Below, in pieces: positions 52,093 through 64,000 of a stretch of 64,000 nt of DNA. This DNA is from Eledone cirrhosa. Its lineage: Eukaryota. The stretch is from NCBI GenBank assembly GCA_964016885.1, contig OZ024743.1:351726001-351790000 (forward strand), given 5' to 3'. The number at the start of each line of letters is the position of its first letter. The stretch's first letter is position 1. Both the position numbers and the translations under genes were made by a program. Below the pieces are notes generated by a model. The model searched no databases and was not told where the DNA came from. It worked only from the letters and a program-made list of their open reading frames with translations.

Positions 52093-52963
52093 CTAGCCGG
52101 CATAGTAGAATATACGATCTATCAGATTTACTGAGGAGGAGCTTTCGTAAATAATGCAATCTCATAAAACAGTTGAGTTACACTTCCATTATTTACAATT
52201 TCTTATATTTACCTATGTTTTGTTTCTTTTGCTTGTATGTTGTTAATAATATACACTTGTTATCTACTTTTTTTTACGAATGACCACAGCCAACTGGCTC
52301 GAACTAGTAAAAGATAAGTACAGTACATTTTATTGTAATGTGGAAAGATTATAGTCAAACAAACTTCAATATATTAATATTATACTTACATGTACAGAAG
52401 AGAAAAACAAAGGCGATCTTAATTCGTAAGATTGGGATGTTGTATGGGTATGACTTTCATTTTCCTCACTTTTATAAAAAAAAACCTTTATGACTTTCTC
52501 GGACGCATTAGGAAATTGAAAGTAATTTTTAAATATCTTGTCTGACGAGAATTTATCACCTTTTTCTCATAATTGATTATTCATCCCCGTTTAACAATGA
52601 TTTTTTTTCTGGCATAAGTGCTCTAAAAATGACTTATAGAGCAGTGTGTCGCTATTTATTTTCGGTTGCTTATCGTTCTCAGTTCAAATCCTACAGATGT
52701 CATCTTTGCTTTCACCTGACAAATAAGAGTAATCTACATGAAAAAAAAAATTCTATTATTATATAGTATCGGTAGAGCGTTATACACACTGCTTTGCAGC
52801 ATAGAGTTATGGCCCTTTACGTACTGAGTTCAAATCGCGCTGAGGTTAGCTTTGCCTTTCACCCTTACGGGGTCGATAAAATAAAGCACCACTGGGGTCG
52901 ATTTAACTGACTATCTCCTCTCCTCAAATTGATGACCTTGCGCCTATCGTAGAAATTATATAA

Positions 52964-53457
52964 TAGAACACCCCTTTCGATTTCAGTGAGAAAAAATGTT
53001 TTGTGCTATCAACTAAACTTACCTCCAAGGGGCTTGCAATCAACTTTTTCCCCGGGAAATGGAGGGGTAGAGTGGGTGTTTCCTCGGATCACCTTTGGGT
53101 CTTACCCGACCTCCAAGATGCTCGCAATTGACTTTTTTCCTGGATTGTGTTAGGATTATCATCAGGGTTTCCCGTTTTCCTGGTGGTAAAAGTCGACTCC
53201 AAACATTTTGGAGGTCATATTAGTTGGTAACACACGACAAAACAAAACAAAAAATAATTATTTTCCCCCAAACGCGATGTGGGTATAGATCTGTGAAACT
53301 CCGATGATCTTTCCGTCTCCTTTCTTCTTTTTTCTACAAAGCTAGTCGCTTCCGACTGGTTTGGAAGTCATATACGTTGATAGCACCCGAAAAAAAAAAA
53401 AAAAAAAAAAAACGAGGAAAAATTTTATTTCCCACTGAAATCGAGGGAGGTATTCTA
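52964..53457. mobile_element. TIR element of unknown superfamily
   Basis: TAGAACACCCCTTTCGATTTCAGTG...CACTGAAATCGAGGGAGGTATTCTA imperfect inverted ends. Confidence 0.65.
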
Positions 53458-53624
53458 TAAATTTACCAAAAATATTTATTGCCATAGAATATTGTAGTCC
53501 TACAAATAACTAAGGAAAAAACTCAACAGCTATACTTTTCAGACAAAATTTTGCACAATGCTCAAATGAACACTTGATGTGATTAAACTAGAATCTAATG
53601 TCTACAGGCAAACATTAAATGTAC

Positions 53625-54335
53625 TCAGCCTGGACGAACTTCGTGCCTCCATCGCCCTCAGAGTGGGAGCTGGCGTCTGCATGGGTTTGAGGTGCTGATG
53701 CAGCAAACTCATCGACTCCACAGGCCTCCACGGTCTTTCTTGCCGCCTAAATGCCTGCTGCTTCGCGCATCACACGGGGTTAAACCTCATTCTCAAGAGA
53801 GCTTTGGCCCGGGCGAACATCCCCTCAATCTTGGAATCATCTTGTTGTCCAGAAGTGACGACAAAAGACCTGACGGCCTTACCCTGTGGTCGAGAGGCAG
53901 GTACCTTGTCTGGGACGTCACTGTTAGTGACTCTTTTGCTTCTTCCCACATCCTGGATGCTGCGGTTAGGGCGAGAGCCACAGCTTCCGCAGCCGAGCGG
54001 AGCAAGATCCTCAAATACTGTGATCTGTCGGCCAGCTACATTTTCCAGCCTGTGGCTTTCGAGGCGTTTGGGGGAACGGGCTGCTGACTGCGAGTTTCCT
54101 CTCTTCACTGGCGGCTCGCCTAATAGAGGTAACTGGCGAATCTCGCGAAGGCGCTTGGTTGTTCCAGCGCATCAGCCTCGCCATTACCCGAGGCAACGCT
54201 GCGAATGTGCTGGCTTGCCTCAAAAATCATTAGAGAGGTTGCCCAGTACTCCTCGCGACGCTGCGGTCTTTTGCTCTGGTGTTGGCTCGGTTGTTCACCC
54301 CTTCCTTTACATTTTCTTTAATATTGCAACATTAA
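53625..54335 (+). mobile_element. 3' end of a restriction-like-endonuclease non-LTR retrotransposon (CRE-like)
   Basis: GC-rich. Across frameshifts: HGLSCR...H zinc knuckle, RALARANIPSILE, KRPDGLTL.W..G..LVWDVTV, K..KY, FQPVAFE, FQRISLAITRGNAA. Confidence 0.8.
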
Positions 54336-54804
54336 AGGAATATATCCTTCTGAAAGAATCGCGAGCAACTTATAATGTCATTTAAGCATTTGTAATGTTA
54401 TTTATGTATATATTTTTTTAAAAAGTCATTGTGTTCAAAATTGTAGTAAATGTAGCAACATAAAGGCATAAAGCTAACATATTTAAACCTATAAGAGTTA
54501 CACCCCTTAGTGTAAATATGACGAAACAACCATCATATGATTTATTTGCAAACAAACTCTATTTGGTTTTCTCATATCTCTTTTGTTACTGTTGGTGGAT
54601 CCCATTACCAACTCTTCAGTTAATGCGCACAAGTCTGCTCGGCAGTGCTACAATGTGGGTCCGTACATAAGCAAGACACAAATCCTGAACTGCCTGGGAG
54701 ATTAGTGGCTCCGCTTCAGTACTGACTTGGTCTATATGAACCCGTCCGATCCTTGCTAGCAAGGAAAGCGAGTGTTAAATGATAATTATGATGATGATGA
54801 TATA

Positions 54805-55069
54805 TAGAAAAAACGAGGAAGTTTCGTTTACATATGAAAAATATTTATTGTGCATCGACCTGCTACGCGCGTTTCGCAGAGGATTGGCTCAAGGTAACCC
54901 ATAGGAGTTATAGAGCCGACTCCAATATCGATCTGCTCATCTGGTGATGTAACAAAAAAAAAAAAACTCCTATGGGTTACCTTGAGCCAATCCTCTGCAA
55001 AATGTGCGTAACAGGTCGATACACAATGAATATTTTTCATATGTAAACGAAACTTCCTCGTTATTTCTA
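54805..55069. repeat. Foldback/MITE palindrome with arms of about 105 bp and a loop of about 55 bp
   Basis: 54805-54909 is the near-perfect reverse complement of 54965-55069. Confidence 0.92.
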
Positions 55070-55109
55070 TTATATACACACTGTCTGCACATAGTCATTG
55101 ATTTGGTAC

Positions 55110-55124
55110 CCACACACACACACA

Positions 55125-55160
<36 letters not shown>
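55110..55160. repeat. (CA)n(TA)n microsatellite
   Basis: Read directly from the sequence. Confidence 0.95.
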
Positions 55161-55163
<3 letters not shown>

Positions 55164-55378
55164 TTTAAACTGGACATAGCGTTATTTGTCTCTTTGAAAA
55201 CAGAATAAATTGCTACAGAAACAATGAACAGATACCTGGGTCAGGGAGCAAGCCCATGACAAGGGATGTGAAATGGAGATCTTTTGTTGCACAATGCTCC
55301 ATAGGAAGCAAAAGTAAAAACACACATATGTTCTCACATACACACATATATTTATGCTTGTGTTTTGTTTTATTTTAG

Positions 55379-55532
55379 AGACCCCAAAAGTTTAATGCAG
55401 CTTTAATAGCTGCTGCTATTCAAGACCATTTAAATTTGAAGTTATCTGGGTCTAAAACATTTAAGGGAATACTTTCACACCAATCTCTGACAAGAAAAAA
55501 GAATATCAAAGCTGTGGTTGACAGTGGACTAA
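55379..55532 (+). CDS. RNF32: RING finger protein 32, N-terminal coding exon (RPQKFNAALIAAAIQDHL...KAVVDSGL); start exon not resolved
   Basis: ttttag acceptor and gtaagt donor. Resembles human RNF32 AVALQDHI...KAIIDTGLK. Confidence 0.85.
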
Positions 55533-58311
55533 GTAAGTCAACTGAAAAATATATTTTAAACCATAAATAACAAACTACCTTAAACTGCTCATGATTTTAG
55601 GATGATTAGGGCAAATTTTTCTAACCCTAAAAATTGCATAATTTTAACCTTATTTTTTAAAATTTTATTGACAGAATTTAACCTTATTATTAATAAATCC
55701 ATAAAGGGTGGTGGATTGGAAATATAAGTAGAGCGTTGGACATCCTTCACAGCATAGAGTTAAGACCCTTTGTATTCTGAGTTCAAATTTGCCTTTCATT
55801 CTTCATATATCAAATTTGAGTTTAATCAATATATGAAAATATATATCAATGAATTTTATAACCTTATTTTAACTTTATTAACTTTAAAAAAGTGATTAAT
55901 TATGATGATTGATTATAAAAACATTTTTTTTCTGTGGTTTTAATCTTGAAATGAAAATGTTTATGAACTTTAACTTTTTGGCAAAATTTGCTTTAATGAT
56001 GATACAAAACTTCTTATTTTAAAGTGTTTACATTTATATAAAAACATTCCATCATAATTTTATATTAAAATTTCTATTTCATTGTGTTCCAAATGGCAAC
56101 TTAATAATGCCAAAGTAAGTTTGTTTAAAATGGTATGGCTTTACAAAGAATCTCTCATCATTAACATGTATAAGCCAAGCATCAATATTAGATCTGAGCT
56201 ACATAAAGCAGAGTAGTTGTTATAACTTGTCTGTGTATATACTTACTCCAACGATCAGTCACACACAAAACAAAAGAGTTAATGAACAAAAAGTTCATTA
56301 AAACAAAAAATATTGTTTTTCTGCGTTTGTCACTCATTGTTTTAAAATACTGTAAAATATATTGGGTAAAAACGTTATTTTTTGTTCCATCTTTATATTT
56401 CTATCAGCAGTGTACCTGATTTCCAAACACTCTTTTATTTAAGTTAGTTTACTTAACCCCTCCAAATACTTGGTTATTTTAAAAATTATTTAAAATACAT
56501 AGGAAATATCTCATTAGAAATTTGGTAATGATTTTCTTAATGTCTCCATACATACTTATACATACACACATACATATATACATATGAGAAACATCTAAGT
56601 CAGCTGTAACTAAACACATATGATGCGAGAAAGGAAATCATATGCCACTATTGGATGATAACCACAATAGAAACTTATAAAAACCCAAGAAGGACATACA
56701 CACTTGCTGATAGCCCAATCAATAAACCAAGCATTGTCATCAACTCAATATGGCTGCCTTCAATGAAAGATAATTGTAGCAAATTGAGCTCTCCTCAGGG
56801 TCATGTATGGACAGGAGAATTACAGGCTCTAACTGTGGTTCTGCCGTCTGTACCTCTCATATTTTTTTTTAGGAAACTAACAGGCATAGTACCCCTCTGA
56901 TAGAGGCAGAGTTACCCTGTCATTGATCTCATCACTGGTTCCTTCTCTAGGTGAACAAGCACTGAAAACAGATATTTGTTTATTAGTGTTCACTTCTCAG
57001 CACAACCACCATTCCTGCTTCCCAAATGGATCATCATGTAACCCTCCATGTGTGGCTGCCAAGTACTATGGCTGGCCCAAAGGGATGCCTAGGGATTGAG
57101 CCGAGACTACTTGTTCAATATATTTGCAATTAATCTTCATATTTGAAGACTGTTCCTCTATCTGCTGCTTGAGGACCAGGTGTTATGGGAGTTACCTTCT
57201 CCACAACATTATTTGAAATAAATGTAAGTCACCTAAAAATGTAACATTAATTGGACATGCGTCAATGGCATAGTAAATAAGAACATTTAACTTTGCTTTT
57301 CATCCTTACGGGGTCGATAAAATAAAGTACCAGTAATGTACTGGGTAATTGCTGGCCTTGTGCCAAAAGTAGAAACAATTATTACCTTTATAAATAATTT
57401 CTTATAGAGGCACAAGATTAGAAATAGGGTGAGAGGGGGTTTGTTGATCAAATTGATCTCATTATTTAACTGGTACTTTATTTTATCAACCTGCTGAAGG
57501 ATGAGAGACAAAGTTGTCCTCACTGGATTTGAATGTAAAAACTCAGAACAAATACTGCAAGCCATTTTGTACAATGATCTAAGGATTCTGCCAATCCACC
57601 ACCCTCAAAAATTGGTTAAGTCAAAGTTACAGTAGAAGACACTTACCCAAAGTGCCAGGCTGTAGGATTGAACCTGGCACCATGTGGTTGTGAAGCAAAT
57701 TTCTTATCATGGCTCATAATTTATGTATGTATCCAGAAACATAACACCTAGTGATGATTAGAGATTAGATAAATAAAATGTAGTATAGATGTAGATAGTA
57801 AAACCCATTTTTTCATCCCTAAAGATTGGACTAGTAGACCCAAAAAACAATTGCTCATGAGCAACAACTCAACTCAAACATTTAGCCAATTAAAAAAGAA
57901 TATGCAACATTATTTTATGAAATGGTGTATCTGTTTACAAAATCTTAGTTGTTAGTACAGAAAATGTATGATATGTATTTATGAACAAATAAATAAATAT
58001 TTAACCTTTTTGATACCAAACCACCTGAAACCACTTCTGGTTCTACTATACAAAGCGGTTTATTTTAAAGTGTTTATATTTATCTAAAATACACTTTCCA
58101 TCATAAGAAATCTTATTAAGTTATGTAAACACCAGCTTAATTATAAGTTAGTTATATTATTATATCCCTCTATATTTTCTATAATTTTCAGAATGATTTG
58201 AAAATTAGAGGTTGTGCCTTTCATTAGAAATATAGTAACAGAAGGATTAATATATATATTATCTCATTTATTATTACTGCTGTTTTCTTTTCTATGTGGT
58301 CACTTTACAAG

Positions 58312-58398
58312 AATGCTGTTCAACCAAGCCTCCAAAATTTCCTTTTGAAAAGGCACAACATGAATATGTACTTGATGCTGCTCCATCAATTTCATTTG
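58312..58398 (+). CDS. RNF32: RNF32 exon (KCCSTKPPKFPFEKAQHEYVLDAAPSISF), GC donor
   Basis: 87 nt, phase 1-1. EYVLD matches human EKEYVLDPKPPPLTL. Donor is G|gcaagt. Confidence 0.82.
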
Positions 58399-58799
58399 GC
58401 AAGTATTGTCATCAACTTTTCAGTTGACTGATGCATTTTTATTTTTCAATGCTAGCATGGGTTGGATGGGTTTCACATCACTTCACCAGTTGTGGCAATA
58501 TTTAATTGTCAGGCACACACAGCCTCAAGGAAAACTAACTGACTTAGTTGTGTATGTCGTGTTTTTTTTTTAATAGCTAGATGCCCTTCATATCACTAAC
58601 AATTTTACAATATAGACTGGGTGCTTTTATCATGCCACTGACATTAAACAGATTGTCTGCACCAGGACTAAAGAGTCTCTTCTACTGTCTATCAGTTCTA
58701 ATTCAAAGTCACTGCACTCCTATATTGGTTATCTACAATGTAGCTTGTGAAGTCTACATCTCCTTCATATATGTCTTCCTTTTCTTGTCATGGTTTTTA

Positions 58800-59682
58800 T
58801 AGCAGGATAACTAAAGTGTTGATAAGTAAAAAAGAGGACAAAACTCTGATTCCATCAGGGAAATGGCCATGTTCGATATGTAGAAAACGATTTGGCATAA
58901 ATTCTATAGAATGTACACAATGTAGATCTTGGGTACACAAGAGGTGTAGTGGGATAGCAGGCAAATTAACAGGTAGGGAAAACTACGTATGCAGTAGATG
59001 TTCAGTGAAATTTGATAGTAGAAGTGGCAGTGATAGACACATTTTTCAAATGCAGGTAGGATCTATAGAGGTGGTTGATAGCTTCCGACACCTAGATGAT
59101 CAGATTAGCAAGGGAGGAGGATTCTCCGAGGCCATAGTATCTAGAATAAGGATGGATTGGAAGAAGTTTAGGGAGCTGTTTCCTCTGTTGACAAAGAAGG
59201 GTTTCTCCCTACGAACGAAAGACCGGTTATATGATGCCTGTGTGAGATGCGTAATGCTGCATGGTAGTGAGACATGGGCAGCAACTGCAGAGGATATGCG
59301 ACGGCTGGAGAGAAATGAATCAAGCATGCTCCGATGGATGTGCGGCTATGTCAATGTGTGTGAACAACCAAGCATAAACGCGTTGAGAGAAAAACTGTGT
59401 ATAAGAGGGATAAACTGTAGTGCGTGGTATGGACATGTGATGTGCATGGAGGATGACTGCTTGGTAAAGAAGTGCCAAGAAATCCCAGTGGAAGGAAGAC
59501 GCAGTAGAGGAAGACCACGAAAATCATGGGCGGAGATGATGAGAGCTGACCTCAGATCGCTGAAGCTCACAGAGGAAATGAGGAAGGATTGTGACGAATT
59601 AAGAGATACTGTGCTGTATAGGGCCCGTCCCACCCTTGCAAGCAAGAAAAAGCTGACGTAAAATGATGATGATGATGATGGG
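58800..59682 (+). mobile_element. RTE LINE 3' part with (GAT)n tail in RNF32 intron
   Basis: ORF 58747-59661: TKVLI...GKWPCSICRK...LHGSETW...WYGHV...GRPRKSW; gatgatgat tail. Confidence 0.93.
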
Positions 59683-61049
59683 GGACATTATTGTCATCCA
59701 TCATCAATCATTTTACAGCATGGCCAAGGTTCATTTCATTGTGTTACAAGCACTAGACTGGTTATTTCTGACAAGACTAAAGCTTTCTTTCTTTCTTGTC
59801 AATATATTCACATGCATATATACTTTTAAATGCATACATACACATGCACACACACTCATGCTCACACACACACACACATACAGATACACGCACACACATA
59901 CACACAGGCACATACTATGCTATATGAGGAGTAAGGACTAAGGCAGTTGCTGCTTAAAGAACTACCAACAACTATGAAGACAGATGTGACAATACTACTA
60001 GGGAGACCCTATCAACAATGTCTGTGAGTAGCAACAACAATAATACTATTAATGAGAATAATAACAGTAAGAATTATTTTGAACTCAGAAAACAGTAATA
60101 ATTGTTTCTACTTTAGGCACAAGGCCAGTTCATTACTGGTACTTTATTTTATCGACCCCGTAAGGATGAAAGGCAAAGTCAACCTCGGCGGGATTTGAAC
60201 TCAGATCGTAAAGGGACGTAACTATGCTGGAAAGCATGGCGTCCGACCCTCTACCGATACTGCCAATCCAAAGCATACGGCCAGTAATTTTGGGGGAAGG
60301 GGGAAGTCGATTAAATCAACCCCAGTGCATTACTGGTACTTTATTTTATCAACCCCGTAAGGATGAAAGGCAAAGTTAACCTCGGTGGGATTTGAACTCA
60401 GAATGTAAAGGGCCGTAACTATATGCCGCAAAGCATGTTGTCCGACGCCTTACCGATAGTGTCAAGGATTAGGATTATGATATCGACTTGCCCTTCCCCA
60501 AAAATTGTTGACCTTAAGCCTTGATCAGAAACCCTTATCATTCACTGGTTCTCACTTAATGTTTGAGTTATAAACTTGACAAAGGTACACAGCAATTGAC
60601 AGATAAGGTTGTCAACATGACGCCCCACTTGTCAATAATTTTTGATTTAAAAAAAAATATTATCAATGGAAATTTTGCAAGATGGATGGTGACGCAGAGA
60701 GCCATGAAGAAGAAGCCGGTGTCTCAATGGAAGGGACGAGAAAAATGCAAGAAAAGAATATTATTTTGAATAATATTGCTTCAACCCTTTAGCATTTAAA
60801 CCGGCTGTACCCAGCCAAAATTCTCTCACCTCATTCTGTTCAAACCAGCTGTAACTGGCCACTCATACTGATGCTAAAGTATTGTTCTCAAGATAAATAA
60901 TATCAAAATCTCATAGATTCGAAATTATGTGAGATAAAGCTTTTACCATGAAAATATAATAGTAAATATAGTGTAATGTAAATGCTAAAGGGTTAAATAT
61001 GAAGGATGATACTGTTATTAACAGTAGTAACATGAAGAACAGCAGCAAC

Positions 61050-61430
61050 AACAACAACAACAACTCCAGTAATAATAATGTAAACAAACCAAAGTCTGTG
61101 ACAGATAACAGTTTCAACACAGTGATGGCAATCTTCGGCCAGGAAACGGTACCATGTGGACATGCATGAGACACTCGTGGTATTCTTTGGCTGGATGTAA
61201 AACATGTGAAAGTCCATGCAGGGAGATTCAGTCCAGACTCGACAATACCACTGATCGATGCTGTGGTACCTTCATACAACTTCTGCAAAATTGCAATCAA
61301 ATGTTTAGCTATGTTTAGCTCCTGTTCACATCGAAAACACTTTAATGAGAATATTTCTTAGTACATGGTCATATGCTGCAGTCAAACCAATGTACACTGC
61401 AGTTAATGTATCTCCATATGTCTCGATAAC
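61050..61430 (-). mobile_element. Internally deleted LINE fragment (RT remnant) with possible (TTG)n tail
   Basis: LTAAYDHV and IAILQKLYEGTTASI RT-like remnants; caa repeat at 61050-61072. Confidence 0.5.
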
Positions 61431-62047
61431 ACAATAATATTCTTAATAGCGGTGGAGCAATTTTGGCGGAATACTCAAACACACTCACACACATATAATA
61501 GTAATAATTGTTTCTACTTTTGGCACAAGGCCAGCAATTATTCCAGTGTATTACTGGTACTTTATTTTATCGACCCCGTAAGGATGAAAGGCAAAGTTAA
61601 CCTCGGCAGGATTTGAACTCAGTCCGTAAAGGGACGTAACTGTGCTGCAAAGCATGGCGTCCGACCCTCTACCGATACTGCCAATCCACCGCCCTTACAA
61701 TAGTAATAATAAACACAAAGACCAAAATCCATAGAGAACTCGATAAGAGTAGTATATACACACATGGGGTCTTACCCATGTTAGCGTGGAAAATGGACGT
61801 TAAACGATGATGATGATGATGATGATGAACATACATTAGGGTCGGACGCCATGCTTTGAAGCATAGAGTTACCTCCCTTTATGATCTGAGTTCAAATCCT
61901 GCTGAGGTTAACTTTGCCTTTCATCCTTAAATCGATAAAATAAAGTACCAGTAATACACTGGGATAATTGCTGGCCTTATGCCAAAAGTAAAAACAATTA
62001 TTTATATGGTAATAAATAGCAAAATGTATTAATTTCATCTTTTATAG

Positions 62048-62190
62048 CACAGAAACTTGGTATTGTAGAATGCCCAGCAAAAAGGTTATCAGAATTTGAA
62101 TGGAGAAATGTAAAGGAAAAATCTAACTCTCGGCATGATTCATCCCAACCCTGTGTTATTTGTAAAGAACATTTTGGAGCTGACAGTCAA
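62048..62190 (+). CDS. RNF32: RNF32 exon with first half of RING1 (AQKLGIVECPAKRLSEFEWRNVKEKSNSRHDSSQPCVICKEHFGADSQ); gene continues right
   Basis: 143 nt, phase 1-0, tttatag/gtatgt. Matches human [26 protein letters not shown]...QPCPICKEEF. Confidence 0.92.
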
Positions 62191-62938
62191 GTATGTTGAG
62201 TTACCATATTTCTAATGAAAGACACTACCTATAATTTTCAAATAATTTTGAAAATGATTAAGAATTTGAAAGGATATCACCAATTTTCTCATTGTTGAAT
62301 TGATGCTTTGAGTCTAACTTAACACATTTTCATACATAAAATTATGATGGAAGGGTTCAGATAAATATAAATATTTTAAAACAAAGTTTTGTATTGTAGA
62401 CCCAAGAATGGTTTCATGAGATTTGGCATCAAAAAGGTTAAAAGGGTTCATCCTGTAATTAGTGTAACTTTCTCTTTTCAGACAGGTAAAGTGTCGCTGT
62501 GTAGTTAAGAAATTCACAACTACTTTGCTTTTGGTGACATTCATCCAAATATGTAGCACCTCAGACAAGTGTTTTGTTCCAACCAATGTGTTTTGAGTGA
62601 ATTTAGTATAAGGAATCTGTGCAGAAACCTCTTGTGCTTGAATGTGTGTGTGTGTAATGTTAGTATGTATGAAGGACAAGTGAACTGAGAAATATATTGA
62701 GTATAAAGAGAATTGAATGTAGTGTGCAAGAGAGACGATTGTAAAGGTATGAGCATGTATGGATAAAGAGATCAAGATTTGGATTTTAAAAAGTGTCAAG
62801 CACTTAAAATGAATGGAAACTGGAAGAGAGAGACCAAGGAAGACATTGGATGAAGTTGTGAGGAATGACCTAAAAAAACTGAACCTCAAAGGAGATTGTG
62901 GTGTTGATGGTGATATTGGTGGTCATGATTAGAATATA

Positions 62939-64000
62939 CTAGCAGCTGAGCCCGGTTGCACTCGGGGCCACTTTTTATTAAGTTAATAAGTTGAGGGGCG
63001 ACGTGAAGAGAGTGGTTTGACAGAGAGACGTTGTGTAGAGTAGGGTTCAAAGATGTTATTGCAGGGCGTCTTTGTAGACAACGTTCCTGGTGTTGTCCGG
63101 GTTACCACAAATGAAGAGATTGTGTGGAATGCCGACGCGGGAGCATCCGACGTATAGTTGACCATGGGAAAATACCTGCTCTGTTAGATTTAGGCCAACC
63201 ATTTGCAGCGATTATCCTTGTGCTTTGTTAATGCTCATTGCAAAGCAGAGTTTTATGGGAAACTGCTGTCGTGTAAATTCATAGGGGACGTGAGAGGGAC
63301 TAACGCTCATAGGGGTAATTAACCTGGTCACGCCAGCAGCGAGTCTGCTCAAAATGGTTGTGTCCAGAATTTGGGTCCTTATTTTTTATATGATTAAACG
63401 CGTTCCGTTGCATAGTTTCTCAGCAGCATAACTGGCACACCAACCTTCAGTTTCAGATCATGAGGAGGAAGTCCTGGAGGTAGTTGACTGTTGAGGAATT
63501 CAATTGGGTAGATGACGGCGTCGTCCGCATTTTTATTGGTGTCAATCGACTTGAAGGAGACTTCATTTCTGGGAATCTGATCGAGTAGTTTTTGGTTCAT
63601 TACGTCAACAGTAGCATTGTGTGGTGCCAAAATAGCTCTCCCTTTCAGCCAGGTGTGATCATGGAATCGTGATTCAAGGTCTGGAAATACAGATGACAAT
63701 AATTTATTCATGTTTGACACAAAGTTCCCAAAAGGCAAACGGATATGCTCTTCATCCACTCCAGGTGTAGTTCCATTACCAACTTCCAGTAGATGTTTTG
63801 AGAAATCGATGGAGTCTGCGTCACCATGCACATGCACTCTCATGTTGGTAGTCAGATGTAGTTTGTGAACATACTGCCATACGTAGAACGACTTCATGCA
63901 TGCGTTCACTTCGTCAGCTCTAGTGCCTCTAGTGATAACAGGAAGAGTCTGTCGGAAATCGCCAGCCAGCAGTACTGTCGCTCCACCCATGACGCGTGAA
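62939..64000 (-). mobile_element. Helitron 3' part with disrupted PIF1-type helicase
   Basis: LLAGDFRQTLPVI, LTTNMR, RAILAP, LKVGVPVMLLRN, then QFPIKLCFAMSINKAQG and FSHGQLYVGCSRV in broken frames. 3' hairpin ccccgag...ccggg followed by CTAG|T. Confidence 0.93.

Noticed and set aside
55294-55313. Possible RNF32 start exon (MLHRKQK)
   Set aside because: Needs a weak gtaaaa donor and a GAG acceptor at 55380. Plausible but unsupported without transcripts.
58747-59661. 304-aa Cys-rich ORF as a host zinc-finger gene
   Set aside because: It is the RTE ORF2 C-terminus, homologous to 45904-46443, and ends in the (GAT)n tail.
62314-62889. 191-aa ORF and most other short ORFs in the track
   Set aside because: Chance or antisense frames across SINE, LINE and MITE remnants.
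63394-63990. Host PIF1 helicase gene
   Set aside because: Intronless, frameshifted, contains a stop, and ends in a Helitron hairpin plus CTAG.

Overview
AT-rich, repeat-dense eukaryotic DNA. The tRNA-derived SINEs and RTE LINEs resemble those of octopods, so the source is most likely an octopus-like cephalopod (inference). I assembled three host genes by hand. (1) A STRAD (STE20-related adaptor, LKB1 partner) pseudokinase on the minus strand, with 10 phase-consistent coding exons from 22769 down to 1813; it continues off the left edge. (2) An intronless TEDC1 (tubulin epsilon/delta complex 1, C14orf80) ORF at 37646-38971 (+), divergent from STRAD. (3) The 5' part of RNF32 (+), with exons at 55379, 58312 and 62048, a GC-AG intron and an upstream RFX X-box. 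The rest is mostly mobile DNA: several RTE families (one Rex3/Expander-like), a CR1 3' end, a CRE-like restriction-endonuclease retroelement, a miniature Gypsy with an in-frame gag/integrase-tail fusion inserted in a SINE, two Helitrons, piggyBac-, hAT- and Tc1/mariner-type MITEs, a foldback element and many SINEs. I see no convincing wholly new biological system. The best leads are the intronless TEDC1, the mini-Gypsy, the GC-AG intron with an inverted SINE pair beside its acceptor, and an exon-less duplicate of STRAD exon flanks. Homology calls come from remembered protein motifs, not database searches.
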